Assembly: GCA_965213685.1 (NCBI GenBank)
Contig: CBDBZY010000064.1
Location: 1,408,001 to 1,472,000, forward strand
From: a bacterium
Lineage (GTDB): Bacteria; UBA8248
Reading direction: 5' to 3'
DNA length: 64,000 bases
Positions within the stretch are counted from its first letter, which is position 1; each line of letters opens with the position of its first letter. The notes under the pieces are model-generated. The model saw only the letters and a list, made by a program, of their open reading frames with translations, ran no database searches and was not told the DNA's origin. Of the stretch, positions 22,404 through 36,008 are shown piece after piece. The position numbers and the translations under genes are program-made.

Positions 22404-25400
22404 TTACACACTGTTATTATGGGATGGGCTAAAAGATGCAGTACTGCCTTCGCTGCATTTTCGCTGGTAGATTCGTATACTGAAGGGTGGGCTGGTCACA
22501 CGTTCACAATCTGTGGTAATAAAATAAGAGGACCAAAGAGAATTGAAGAGTGCACACCAACTAGCAGACACATTGTACAGGTATATTTAAGTGAGCTACA
22601 TGCATGTACCTGTTTGACTAATGGGATCACTTCCTGTAGTTACTGATTCAGCAGATGCAAGCTTGAGTAGGGAAGAGAATGCAAAAAGATGAATACGCTA
22701 GAACTCCACAACAGTTGTAACATTACATTAATATTTGATGACAAGTCCCTGAAGCTCCATTGCTTCTCCATTACTGATGCTGGGATGCACATCACACATT
22801 TCTTCATTGATTCATAAACCTAGACATATGCAAGATAAAATTGTGAATATCAATCATGCTAATTATGCAGTCCTGACCTTTTCATTTCGAAGGACATGTA
22901 GTAGAAAGAAGAAGAGTCCCTACAAAAAAATATTCATACTGTTACATGATACATTAGACCTGCATATGCAGCATTTACCTGCAATGAATTGAGTATGGCA
23001 AATGTCCATGCAAACATGTCAGTGTTTTTCAGTAGTGCAAATGGACCTATGATCCATGTTAGGCCCAGAAGTGGGAGCAGGATAACTGTACTCTTCACTG
23101 TGGTCCTATTTGAGAGATTTAAGGTAACAGAGCACAGTTTCTCTTTGTCATTACGTACATTACAAGCATCAAATTCTTGCTATCCTTGCTACCGATGAAC
23201 TTCTTCCTGCTTCGGATCATGCTGCCAATTGTCACCACTAGAATTACTGAGTTGATCTGCAGCAAATTAGAAGTATGGGCTAGAATTCCATGTCACTGGA
23301 GTAGGGTGACTGTTGAGTGTTGAGGTGCAGCATACATCCCTACCTCAACAAGTTCATACTTACCAGTATGATCATAATCATTGGTCCCAGAAAAGCCCAG
23401 TATGTTCCTTTAGACTGAGATAACCAACAACTGACAAGGGACAGAATGAAAAGGATGCATGGGTATGGGCAGTATCTATTAAAAATGCCCTTTGAACATA
23501 AGTATATATATACCAACATAGAGAAAATGAAAGTAGTTACTGAACATAACAGCTATTTAAGTAGTTAAGGCATCAGAAAACAGTAGCAGATTTACATCCA
23601 AGAACCTACTAGTTGTCGGTTCCATAATCTTTGTGTCTTACACCCAGAGAAATGGCAACAACAGGAAGAGGAAGGCCTGTGTATAGTCAAAAGTAAACAA
23701 AAAATCTATATACCTATTGCTTTTATGGAAAGGTATGGGCATCTACAATGTTGGCTGTGTTTCAAGTTGGTATAGCCTACCCCATCCAAGTAATAGGAGG
23801 TAGTACCACTTCTCAGCTGCAGTGCCAAATACTCTGACCACCAGCATATATAACATGAGTCCTTCTGCCAACATCCAGCAAAACACACAGAGAAAAAGGT
23901 AGTGCAAGAGTGCAGCTACCACAGTACACAACCACTGCAGTAGGAGAATTGATATATTTTTCAGTAAGAAAATAGAGTGAAAACTCCTTCTATAGTGCTT
24001 ACATTATAACCAGTAGCTGACTCTATTCCGATCACAAAAACAGCTAGAGCAAGAGACAGTGAAATGACAAAGTTGATATGAATGTACAACAGCACCCCTT
24101 TATTCAATGCCCTCCTGCAGTGGAAAGAGTAAACGTTAAACAAACATGGCAATGCGTTAAAAATATATCAAGTGCTGACCCAAAAATAACAAAGATGAGG
24201 AGTGAAAGCAGGAGGCAGGCCAGGGAAACAGCACAGCCAATGTAGCTGACTATCCGAAGGGCATTTCTTCCTGCAGTAGCTTCTGCAGACTAGCATATTA
24301 TGCAGGTATAACATGCAGCAATTGCATACTTAATAAGTACATGTCTGTCACACATGAAAGCACATACATAGGTGACCTACTGCTGGATCCACCAGAACTG
24401 CAAAACTTGTAAGGTGAGTGGTACGACATTTAACCTCTCCCAAATCATTCACAGTGTCTGTGAACACTCCAGAGGAAGACCAGACACTATTTGAAGTAGA
24501 AACAAGTGGGAATACATACAAATAGAAATCATACTTGTGCTTACTTGTTAGATGGATCCCAGAAAACACATGTTTCATTTGAATAATTCAACACCTACAA
24601 GAATATAATGCACGGTGCACCTGACACACTCCAGCCAATCATACTGTACAGCAGTTTTGTGGCACAGTTAAAAATCTCTGTAACTTTCATCTCATATACG
24701 TATTCATATATTGTTTACAATTTCTGTAACTACAATCTCTATTGTTATCCATGCAGGAAGAGTGAGCTAGGTAGTGCTCTGTACGAAACACTCACCAGTG
24801 GAGTTGGACTGAAGTACATGTAGATTGGATTGCTTACAATATTATCTAGAAGATTATTACTTCCCTCAATCACTGCCAAAAGCAGCAGGCTATTAACTTC
24901 ACTTCTGTTGCTGTAAATAGAGAATATGACAGGCTGTTATTTTACTACATCTGAATCATGTTTCACACTATCTCACCTTGAAGCAACATTGTCCAGGTAC
25001 TGAGGTAAGTGCTTCGTGACCACTGTTGCTACAACAGCTGGACAGTCTGTAAGGTCTACAAATATCACCTTTGCTGATAGAAGCACACTTACATACATCA
25101 TACCAACATCTCATACAGTATTCATAACTGTGACTACCAAACCTTCTCCCTCACTATACAGTTCATGTGTGATACAAAGCTCTTTTCTCCCCACATGCTA
25201 CTAATATTGCTTACCATTTTGTGCTATATCTTGATCTTGGTTCTCCTCACACAAAAGGCTCAGTGGAATCTCCATTTTAACAGATGCATCATGTACGTAA
25301 TCTATAGCACACAAAGCACAGAATAATGTGTCTGGTTGTGGCTCCCTGTAATGTATCCCTGCTCTATGATACATACTTAGTTAGCTTACATTGTTTCTTT

Positions 25401-28400
25401 GCCAGTTTTAGATTAGAAACAAATGTGCATTGTTCAATTGGCAGTTTGATAAGACTATTTTGTTGAAAGGTACAAAGGCAGGGGAATGATTGGCAAAAGC
25501 AGTTTAAGGAGAAGATAAATGTTTGTTGGGTGCAAAGACCATAACAATACTTCCATGAATATAACCTCCCACCTCCAGAGGGATTTGAGACCATGTCTAT
25601 TGAGCATTCCAGCATTTGTGACACAAAATGTACATATGCCATGCAACTTCACCAAACCTACACATCAATAGTCAGGTGGCTGCTGGTGAAAGGTAGAGAA
25701 GTGAATGCATATTGTGCTAAATGTACAACTTCCATATCCAAGGTGTGTCAAGAATGAGGATGCAGATGCTAGTATTACATACACATGTATGTAAACAAGG
25801 CTGTGAGATGTGCATGAATGCATTACATTCAGAAGAATGGACTAAAGAAAATCAAACTTGTCTGTTACATCAATATGGTGTACTATATGGCTAACAAATA
25901 CAACCAAGCATAACCATGCACACCTAAAGTAACACATGTGGTGATACAGTGTGACTTTGGTCATATCACAGAATGTTGCTGGTGGGTCATATCATAACCC
26001 ATGCTAAATTATGGTAGACTTTCTTTGTAGGGATGGCACTGATACACCTATAATGTGTGTACAGAATGCATGCGTTCTGAGCCTTTCGAGGCATTTAGCT
26101 ATCCTATTCCAGCATTTCTCTACCCTTAAAAAATATATTGCTGACAGAAAACGACAACCTGTCAAATTCATCATCTTTCCTATTCTTAAAAGAAAAATTT
26201 AAACGGGTTTTCTCAAAACTGGCTGAAGCAATCACCATAGTTCTTTCACAGATCCACTGCAAGCATACTAAGTTTGCTAACAAAATCTTAGTACTTTCCC
26301 ACATGAGCAGAAACTAGAAGTCTTGGGAACTTCCCTGTATTAGGAAACCACGATAATTGTCACATGACAATAATTTTAAGCACATGAAGGCTGGGGTCAC
26401 GAAGCCATGCCTATCAATTTCTCGCTCGCTATGTGTCATCAATGGTTAGCCTGTCTACTCCTCTCTTGAGACAGGGTGGGGATTTGGTGGTGGGATTGAC
26501 CAATAAAGTAATGATCCCCAGGGGTGGGGGTTTTGACACTACTCACAGACTATCTGTATTCTTAAATATGGCAAATTACTAATTCCTAGTATGGATTTAA
26601 TATGGTATATAAATCTAAAATTGGATATGAAGTGGGGAATTGACAGCAAAGTTTGCCCCTATTCTTGGAGATTTGACACCAGGGGCTGTCAACCCCCCAC
26701 TATACTCCTTCATTTACATACGTAGGTGGGAGGGTGGTGGTGCATAACATAGAGGTGCATATATGATTTGGGCAGTACTCATAGCTTCACGGAGCCACAT
26801 AATAGGCGTGGTTCTGTGGGACTACTTACTTTACTGTACCACTGTATAATGTATACATCATTACTTGCACATGTAACTGGTATGAGTTAGGCAGTCAGAC
26901 ACATTAATGCAAGAAAAGAGGACACAAACCAGCATTTTCCAAAATGTGGAGGGATGTAAGGATGGCCATGCCAAAAACCACAGAAACTAGGTGTAGGGAT
27001 GGCAGGGTGCAGGCTAGACGTGTTACAAAGACTACACAAGTAACCCTATCTCTCTGTCTTTCATTGGGTTCACAGGGATATGCAACATACATACTACATT
27101 TTGATACGCTCATGGAGTAGCACTTACATATATAACCAATATGAACTAAAACATCGCAACTAGGAAGTTCTGTCTAGTACCATGTCTGTTTATGGAGTTC
27201 AAGATGAGGCCAAGTGGGCTTTTCAAGATGAACTCTCCTAGACAACTATTTGCTCACAAGAGAGTTACAGTACAAAGAGGACATGAGAACGAACACTCAG
27301 CCAAACTTTGGCCCACATCTTAACCACAATAGACATATTTTTTGGCACCACATACTTCAGCAGAAACAAATTACTCACATTCCAATGCCACCCAACTAGC
27401 ACAGCACACAGAATGAGAGTGGCCTACAATTGCTGCTGGACATATTTTCAGTATGCAAAAATCTTACCTTGTGTTTGGTTGGGGAATGTGTAGTGACCTT
27501 TACTTGTATTTTGATCCTGAACTCTCTCAACTGTCATCAATACTGCAAAGGAAGCATTTATATGTACGTACATATACCTTATTGATTTGCCTATAACACA
27601 ATGCGTATAAATTGGTGTGCATTTTATTACAGCTTACGCATGATATGTTGCCACACCCGTACTGCTGGAGGCACTTGGGTGCCAGTGGCTTAGCAGTAGC
27701 CAGCTTTCAAAATTGGCCACACATGGTGTTCTATTTGGTCATGCCCAAAACCTTTCAGAATCCCTGCCAACTCTATTCCTCCCTTCAAACCACACCTAAA
27801 TGAAACATGGGGGTTGATTCAAAGGCAGCATGACCATTTAGATACAGCAATAAGGTGAAGTCGAGTACAACAGCCAACAGTGTGTTACTGTGTGGAGATT
27901 GTACCTGATTCCTGTGGGAAGCTTACTTAGGGTGTTGGTCATGTACGATAAGAAACTTATAACTCCAATATCAAGCAACCCCTTCCTCAGTATAGAGAAA
28001 AATGGAGAGCACTACCATAAAACGTTTGGTATATGTTAGTATTGTCATACCTACCAAATTATAACCCAGTAGCTTTTTGCACATACACTATGCACACCAT
28101 GGTCTACAATGGCTGTCCTTTGAATGGGAGGCTATTCTGAAAACAATACCAAAATGCAACCACAGCTCATCAATCCTTCTTTGCTTTTCCACTCATTATA
28201 AGTGTTGTTGGCTTGCACTATTAATTGCCTACCTTATATACAATTTGCACTTATACACATTCAGTTTTCATGTGTGTACTAGTGTAGACATGTACATCTA
28301 CCTACCAACAGCATTGGTCCCACTGTACTTCAATGGAGTGGAGATAATTTCTCTTTTCAAAGATTTTGCTAGAAGTTTTGCCACAGTTTCAAGATTTTCC

Positions 28401-31115
28401 AGTAAATGTGGTACCAAGTCATCCTGAATATGATTGGAATAAACACATGACAAGCTTCATAAAGCTGGTATGAAAAGCTAGGTCTTAGTACACATAGCTA
28501 AGACATACCTTAATGGGATAGAGCCGGTCACTGTTGTTCCTCAGTGCTTGGTCCAGTAGAGCGACTAACGTCTAAAGAGTTATGTCATAACAAGAAAATG
28601 AGTGGCAATACACCCATTCAATGCTTGTTGGATTGTGGAGTGACAGTAATGAAAATACGGTGACTCCTAATTCACAAAGTAACAAGCTGATGTGATTACT
28701 TAATCCTTACATATCAAGAATTCCTTCTAGATTTTGTGTGAGTCATACTATGTTTACAAGTTGTGTACTGAAGCATATACATGTATATGTAGGTCCAATA
28801 TGTTCTGTGCAATGTACTAGTCTTACTTCTCCAGTGTGATTTGTCATGAGATGAAGGTTGACCTCCTGCCCAAGCTGTTCCAAGAGTTCCTCCATTATGG
28901 TAATGAATGTCTCTAACTGCCTCTGACCAGAAGAGTTTGCTAATGCTGTCAGTATGTGTCCTACTGTTGTTACATTCTGGTTGGATAATGAACCTCCTAA
29001 GGCTTCCTCAGCAATGCGTTCCTGCATGAAATGAAAAACACACGTAGTAATCACTCCTTGGAAATTAAGAATGTGAAATAGATGCTGAAATTGTACTTAA
29101 TTACTAAGGCATGTAGACATTAATTATGATTAGCATTGAAGAATAACTAACCCAATCCCAGTTCATTCAACCAGATGTGTATGTATATGTATCATAATCG
29201 GGTCACAACATATACATTCCCATAATCTCTCTAGTACAGCTGATCAGGTTGGAAATACATCCTTCCCAATAGGATATTTGCCGTTTGTGTTCATATACCA
29301 TGCAGCTTTGTATAATATTTGACCTACGTCAAGACCCCCATACGACAGTACACATTGGACCTATATACTGGCCATATTGACCACAGATTTGTCACAAATT
29401 GATGTGTGTTCCAGAACCTAAGGCCCCACCCAGTCCATTCATAGTCTGTGGTATGTTCTAATATCCATCCGTGGCCATCTTCTGAAATGCAATTACTTCT
29501 TTGTATAGACTGCTGTATGCACATAAACCAAATGCAGTATTAGAAACCTATAGGCTTTTAGCCAGCCATTGAAATTCTGAGCCCACTGTGTATATACTTC
29601 AAGCATTCTCAGCAAAGTTTCCATGCTTTGAGTATGCTATGTGCAAAGTTTACATCCAATTCATTCCCTTGTCAATTTCAATGAAGCCCAGCCATATTTT
29701 CTCGGCTATAATGCCTATTATAATACCAAGGCCCAATGGGTCCCTTCAACTCACACATATATCAATGGTGTCATCTTTAGTGGCTACATTGTCCACACAA
29801 ACCATTAGACAGTGGTCGATGTTGAATGAACTTATCTGCTGACACCTCATATCCATACATGGCACTGTAGCAAAAGACTCTGCCTTGAATCCTTCAGTAC
29901 AAAACCACTCCACACGTACCTGTTTCTGGCTGTCCAGTGTGTAGAGTGAACTTCTCATCATTACACTCTCCGTGGTATGACAGTTGCAGAATGATTGTCT
30001 CTTGAATATTCGTCTCACTAGGATTGAAGCCTATGCACATTATGTAGTAATTAAAGTTTGAGTCATGAGTAACTTCACAGTATGTGAATCTTTCCTGGTA
30101 GTCCAGAAGTGTCATTTGAGTTGCTTGATCACCATCGGACTGATCATTCATGGTTATGCTAACATTAACATTGAAACAACCTGCAGTGTTGTTAAGTGTT
30201 CTCAAGCTCTTGCCTATGTCAAATGTGTGTGTACACCTTTGGAAGCAATTCTGTAGCACACCAATGTCTTCACTAGTTAAGTTTAGACTAAGACTATCAA
30301 AATTTGTTAACTCTATTGATGACAGTGGGTGATAACTGTGCCTGTTATTGTATACTGTGGTAGTATCACCAATGGACATGGTGAATGATAATTCTGAGCA
30401 ATTGACAATACTTGTAGTTGCATATCCACCTCCACCAAGATGAAATTTTGAAATGGAATGGTTACTGCCACAGCATGGCGGAAAGCAACCCTCCACTGTT
30501 ACAATACACTGTTGACTTCTCTCAACGGTGAGCCTTGTAACATACGACACTGCATAGAAAGAACACAAATACGTTATTCAGTGTGTGATAAAACAATATA
30601 CTTCAAAACTAAGGCGGAACACTTGAAACCAAGTAGCTAATCTCAACTGTGTGTAGCCAATACTTACGAGGCTCGACCAAAACGACGTCGACGAATATGT
30701 GGCAATTGCTTCCATTCGCCGTGTCCGATGGCTCCATCACTAGTACAAGTACCACGGATTCTCCTCGCAACTTTTCGATTCCGTCGGCAGCGCACAAGAA
30801 ATGAACCGAGAAATTCCCGCCTCCACTCTCTGTCACGTTGATTAAAGAACAAGAATATGCACTAGAGTAGGTCTCATTGCAGTCATCTCTGGAAGCGTAG
30901 ACGGGAATGCTGTGGTTGTTACTCAGTCTCATGAACGAATCATTTGAGTTTGAGTGGATGAAGGGGAGAAAATGGGTAGAACCACTGAAGAGGGTCATGG
31001 CCAAAGGCTGTCTGTATTGATCGCAAACTGGTGCGCACAGACTATCTATACCCGTGGCGCTCGTAAGCAGCAGAAACACAGAGGCCCAGGTCACTTTGAA
31101 GGAAACGTGAATCAT
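22404..31115 (-). CDS. Adhesion GPCR (class B2) with signal peptide, GAIN/GPS and 7TM; roughly 20 exons
   Basis: Signal peptide exon 30668-31115; exon 29920-30549; helical GAIN-like exons ~28828-29022 and ~28306-28424; CVFWDP ~24550; GPS VWSSSGV..KCRTTHL|TSFAVLV ~24381-24486; TM exons IVSYIGCAVSLACLL, IHINFVISL, LHYLFLCVFCWMLAEG, CWLS..WAFLGPM, LLPLLGLTWI, NSLQGLFFFLLHV; stop at 22404-06. Some internal exons not resolved. Confidence 0.88.
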
Positions 31116-31477
31116 TGTCGGACGAAGTTTCTTTGCGACTTGAGATATACTGAGCTATTTACTACTCGTATGAAGGTATTGTGTGCTAGGAAACACAATT
31201 CATGAATATGCTACGTGACCTTACACTGTACGGATATGCAGTCTAAGTTGGTTCCTTTAAAGGGGACTGCGCTTCTACGTGCCCGGCGCCCCAGACGGAT
31301 TATCGCGCAAAATTACGTAAGCTGAGAGTGAGACTGAGTTTGCCTTAGTGCACCTAAAACACAGGCTGAAGTATAGGAAGCACTCAGTCAAAGCTAGCGT
31401 TCGTACCATGCAAGAAACTAGGGCCTACCTTGCTAAAGTAGCTTTATAAGGTGTATAGGCCTATGCAAGGCATATTC

Positions 31478-31540
31478 TAGTCTCGCTCGCGAGCCAGACC
31501 CTCGTTAATCGGGATTACGAGGGTCTGGCTCGCGAGACTA
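31478..31540. mobile_element. 63-bp palindromic TAG..CTA mini-element
   Basis: TAGTCTCG..CGAGACTA hairpin flanked by exact 9-bp GGCATATTC. Confidence 0.88.
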
Positions 31541-31749
31541 GGCATATTCTACCTAAAAACGTACAAAGAACCCTAACTTACAAATCGACGTCAGATACTT
31601 CTGAGCAGTATCTATGGTATGTCAGCCTCTTATTCACATTTTTAGCGATGTGGGAGGTAGGGTAAGCGTCCTTATTGTGAGACAGAGGGTATTAGTTAAA
31701 ATCATTGAATACTAAATGTCATTGCCCTTAGGTTAATTACTTTGGTCAT

Positions 31750-31844
31750 CTTCAGGAAAAGCAGGTGAACTAGCAAAACAAAACACCGTATTCAACAGTT
31801 GAATACGGTGTTTTGTTTTGCTAGTTCACCTGCTTTTCCTGAAG
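31750..31844. repeat. Perfect palindrome, 47-bp arms, 1-nt loop
   Basis: CTTCAGGAAAAG..TATTCAAC-A-GTTGAATA..CTTTTCCTGAAG. Confidence 0.92.
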
Positions 31845-32534
31845 GATGTGTTGTCCAATAATACAAATAGTGTCTCATTGCCGAGCGCCTTAGCGCGAGG
31901 CAACTAATTCCGCATCGCATCTCAGAAATAGTTTCTATGTATGTATGTATGTATGTATGTATGTATCCATCACGCTTAGGAATGCAATTATTTCGCGCGC
32001 TACGCGCAAACGTACGTACACGTGCGCCAGTGTAGCACACGGCTAAGTCGGCGTATACGACGGCCTACTCCTACTGCAGGCTTCCTGCATGTGAGGGGCC
32101 GTCTCCGTGATCCCGGCCAGCTTTATCAAGGTCTTTTCGCATAGGGGGTTTACCAGCCGAGGAGTGATACTAGCCTGGGAGCGCGGCGCCTCCCCGTGTA
32201 ACGCTTAGGAATGCCAGGAGCAAGATAGAGCCTTCTCTCGCGACAACGGCCAGATCCTACGCCCTCCTACCAGCAGCGCAGCAAGGGAAATACACGGTAA
32301 ACGTCGATAGCTAAAAGTCGAAGTACGTCTGCCACCGTAGTTGAATAGCTGCCTAGCATACTCCTGGGTCCGCAATTGTAAGGCGGTAATCGAATCGGTG
32401 TACATGTATGTTGAGTGTGTATTCAGTGAGATTGTGTGCTCTGCACTGTTTCCATGATTTTGTATGTATGCATTTGCTTTTAGATCAGTTTTTTAATGAT
32501 TTCCTGAAGTTCCAAAAATTGAAGCAACTGTTAA

Positions 32535-33019
32535 CCCTTTCGCTCTCAAAAGTGCGCATTTTTGCGCACTTTCTAAAACAGCGTAAAACTGGAGAATTTA
32601 ATATGGAACATTTGATGATGTAATGTCGGCATGCGGGCAATTTACTGATAAAAGACTCCCACGCACCCCTTGAAGTGGCCTCTCGGCACTTGGATATGGC
32701 GGTCGGAGCTTTGATGTAGCTTTCATCTCTGCTATTGTATACTTAAAAAAGCAAGAAGCCTAGCAGGCAGTGTGATGAAGTGTCAGGGAGGGCTAGAGGT
32801 GGCTGGAGTGAAGTCTGGGCTCTGCACGTAGCCATAAATGGGCCGCGCGGCTTCGATCTGTAGGAATACAAAGATTTGAATTGGTTGCCAGGAGACTTGC
32901 GGGCTATGCCGTTGCCATGGAGGTAGCCAGGGACCGGAAGGGCCGGAAGTAAACGGAAATCTAAGAAAGACCGTGTCACGTCGTTCGCTCGTTCAATTGC
33001 GGGAATGCAAGTGAAAGGG
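32535..33019. mobile_element. piggyBac-like MITE
   Basis: TTAA|CCCTTTCGC..GTGAAAGGG|TTAA; related longer copy at 35062-36008. Confidence 0.8.
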
Positions 33020-33068
33020 TTAATAGACCAGTTGTGTATAACGGTTAAGGAATGCATTATTTATAATT

Positions 33069-33829
33069 GAACGTGACGTCACATTCGGAGTACTTCACGG
33101 ATCGTTCTGGAGTACCAAATGTATGGCGTTCAATGGAGAATCAGGCCGTTTTTAGGCTTCGCGTGCAGCCTGGACATACCGTTTATCCCAACTCAGCGCA
33201 GTTAGTGTGAAACTAGAAAGATTTTCCTTTCTCACATTTTTTCAAAGGAGATCGGTAGCTGTTTTGGCGAGGTAGAACGCGATATATTGACACATCTGTG
33301 CGTACGCTGACATGACTTGTGGTAGCTGTTATCTGTGTCCTAACGCCCGAGCAAGGGATCCTGCTGTCCCTTTTCACCCTTCCCCGTCGAAAGGTCATCT
33401 AAAGCATGAGGTACGACTGCGTGTGCGCCAGTTACTAGGGGGCCACTGAGGTGAAATCGCATTCAAGCTGTTTTCCTGACTGAAACGCAAGCAATGACCG
33501 TGAAAGCAACGTGGGCGATCGGTTTGCCGCTTCCACAAATGAAAGCTTCCTTAAAACCAAACGTGCCAAGCGGAGAGAGTCTAGAACGTAGCTGTCTGCT
33601 CTGCTGAAAGCTCCAGTCTCCAGGGTGGCTAAACGGCTTCCGATCTCCTTCGAACGAACGGTGTTAGAAAGGTAAATCTTTCTAGTTTCACATTACCTGC
33701 GCAGAATTGGGATAAACGGTATATCCAGGCCGCGCGCGAAGCTTGAAAACGGCCTTATTCTCCATTGAACGCCATACATTTGGTACTCCAAGATGATCCG
33801 TGAAGTACTCCGGATGTGACGTCACGTTA
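33069..33829. mobile_element. MITE with ~165-bp terminal inverted repeats
   Basis: AACGTGACGTCACATTCGGAGTACTTCACGGATC.. (33070-33237) inverted at ~33660-33828. Confidence 0.8.
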
Positions 33830-35061
33830 AATTAGCGCTCTCATCTACGTTCTTGGTGGCGTAGTAGTCAGCGGTAGTTGTATGTGTGAAGTTTGTTGAA
33901 CAGTTATTCACTTGTTCGTCTACTGTTCCATAATAGGTACCTTGTCCCATAATATCTACAATGAGGTACTGAAAGAAATATCCATTTTCAATAACACGGC
34001 ATGAGGTAGTAATTGTGGTACGAGTTCTCTATGCAAAGGTGGTTGTGGGTGCAACGTTTTAGTTTCCTACATACACATGGTAGGTTTTTGTGGGCAGGAT
34101 TGCTTGTGTCTCATAACTGGGTCACTTACCCCACGTTTAGATCGCGGTGCGTCTGGTAAAATATATTTTGTACTTGTAGTGTACAGATCTTTACTGACGG
34201 AAAATGTATGAAAAAACCGTGAATCACTCATGGGACGAAATTACATCAGGAAAACCATGAGTCACTCTGACTCATGGGACGATTTTACATCAGAAAAACC
34301 ATGAGTCACTCATGAGGCGATTTTACGTCACTTGATATTCACGTAAATGCACACGCTGTTCACTCGGCTGCTTTGTGACGCCAGGGCGGAGACTGGCTAG
34401 GGGTGACGCAGGGGGCAAGGGCTAAGGGAGGCTAGGCCACTCGGTTTTGTGACGGGGCAGGGGCTAGGAGTAGACTAGTCCCCTCGGTAGGCTAGAAACT
34501 AGTAGCAGCAGGCTAGGACTCGAACGCACAATCATGTAATTGCCCAAGGGCTAGGGGTAGGCTAGAAACTAGCAGCAGTAGGCTAGAACTAGTCTCGTGA
34601 GATAGACCCTCGTAAATCCGAGACTAGGGTAGGACTCGGCCGTTTATCTACGCAGGTGCCGTTTATCCCACCTGATCCCTCGACGTAACGCCGCTTAGCT
34701 TCTTGCGGAAGTTTCTCCACGTAGGGCGAAAGGTTTTCCATGCTGTACACCAGTATGCCCGCAACCGCGTTATGACGTAATCATAAATGACGCAATGAAA
34801 AAGGTCTATATGGGACGATTTTATGTCAGTTGGTAATTGATGATTAGTACAGGGGTAACTCACGTAAAATCTCCCCATATATTAGCCCTCAGCTCTACTC
34901 AGGCCCTATTCTACGCTGGGGCGGGGCAGTGAACTCTGACCTCACGTAAAACGTCCCCATATAAAACGAAGACCTCCTCTTGAGGAACGTTTTATGAGTG
35001 CACCTTGACCTCACGTATACAATTAAATTTAAAACAAATAGTGAATTGTGGAGGGGCATAT

Positions 35062-36008
35062 CCCTTTCGCTCTCAAAAGTGCGCATTTTTGCGCACTTTC
35101 TAAAACAGCGTAAAACTAAAGAAATATGGAACATTTGATGATGTAATGTCGGCATGCGGGCAATTTATTGATAAAAAAATCCCACGCACCCCTTGAAGTG
35201 GCCTCTCGGTACTTGGATGTGGCGGTCGGAGCTTTGATGTAGCTTTCATCTCTGCTATTGTATACTTAAAAAAAGCAAGAAGCCTAGCAGGCAGTGTGAT
35301 GAACTGTCTGGGAGGGCTAGAGGTAGCTGCAGTGAAGTCTGGGCTCTGCACGTAGCCATAAATCGGCCGAGCGGCTTCGATCTGTAGGAATACGGAGATT
35401 TGAATTGGTTGCCAGGAGACATGCGGGGCACGCTGTTACCATGGAGGTAGCCAGGCGACGCCCAGGCGCTAGGCGACGCTTCGACCCGAGGGGTCGGAAG
35501 TAACCAGACATGACGAGTATGTCATGTCTGATAATGCAATACAAGCCCTATTGGAACGCGCTGCAACGGTGGACGCCTCGCCGGCCGGTACGCCATACTT
35601 CCCCTTTAGATGCCTAGGGAACGTTGCTACACTCGCGTCGCCCATGATAGCCCTGCTTAGAACTAGAACAGGGCAGCCACACGTATGTAGCTACTGTAGC
35701 TAGCCGGCCGAAGGTTGTGGACGGCGCGGCAACGCTGCATTTCAAGCGCACGATAAGTCAATTACGCGCTCATTTAATCAAAGCGTGCGTAACTTATAAT
35801 GCAAACGATAATTGTTAACAATTCAAGCAGTGAAAGGACTTATTAGAGACTCATTCTAGGCATAATCATAAACTCTTTCAATAGTAACATTTCCATGTAG
35901 ATTCTTTAGCTGCATCATGTCAATTATAGTGCATTCAATTTCAACATTATTATGTACAGAAACACTGGAAAAAACAGATATTCGTTAGTATTACAAGAAG
36001 TGAAAGGG
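35062..36008. mobile_element. piggyBac-like MITE, second copy
   Basis: First ~390 bp nearly identical to 32535-32930; ends GTGAAAGGG|TTAA; left TTAA absent. Confidence 0.65.
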
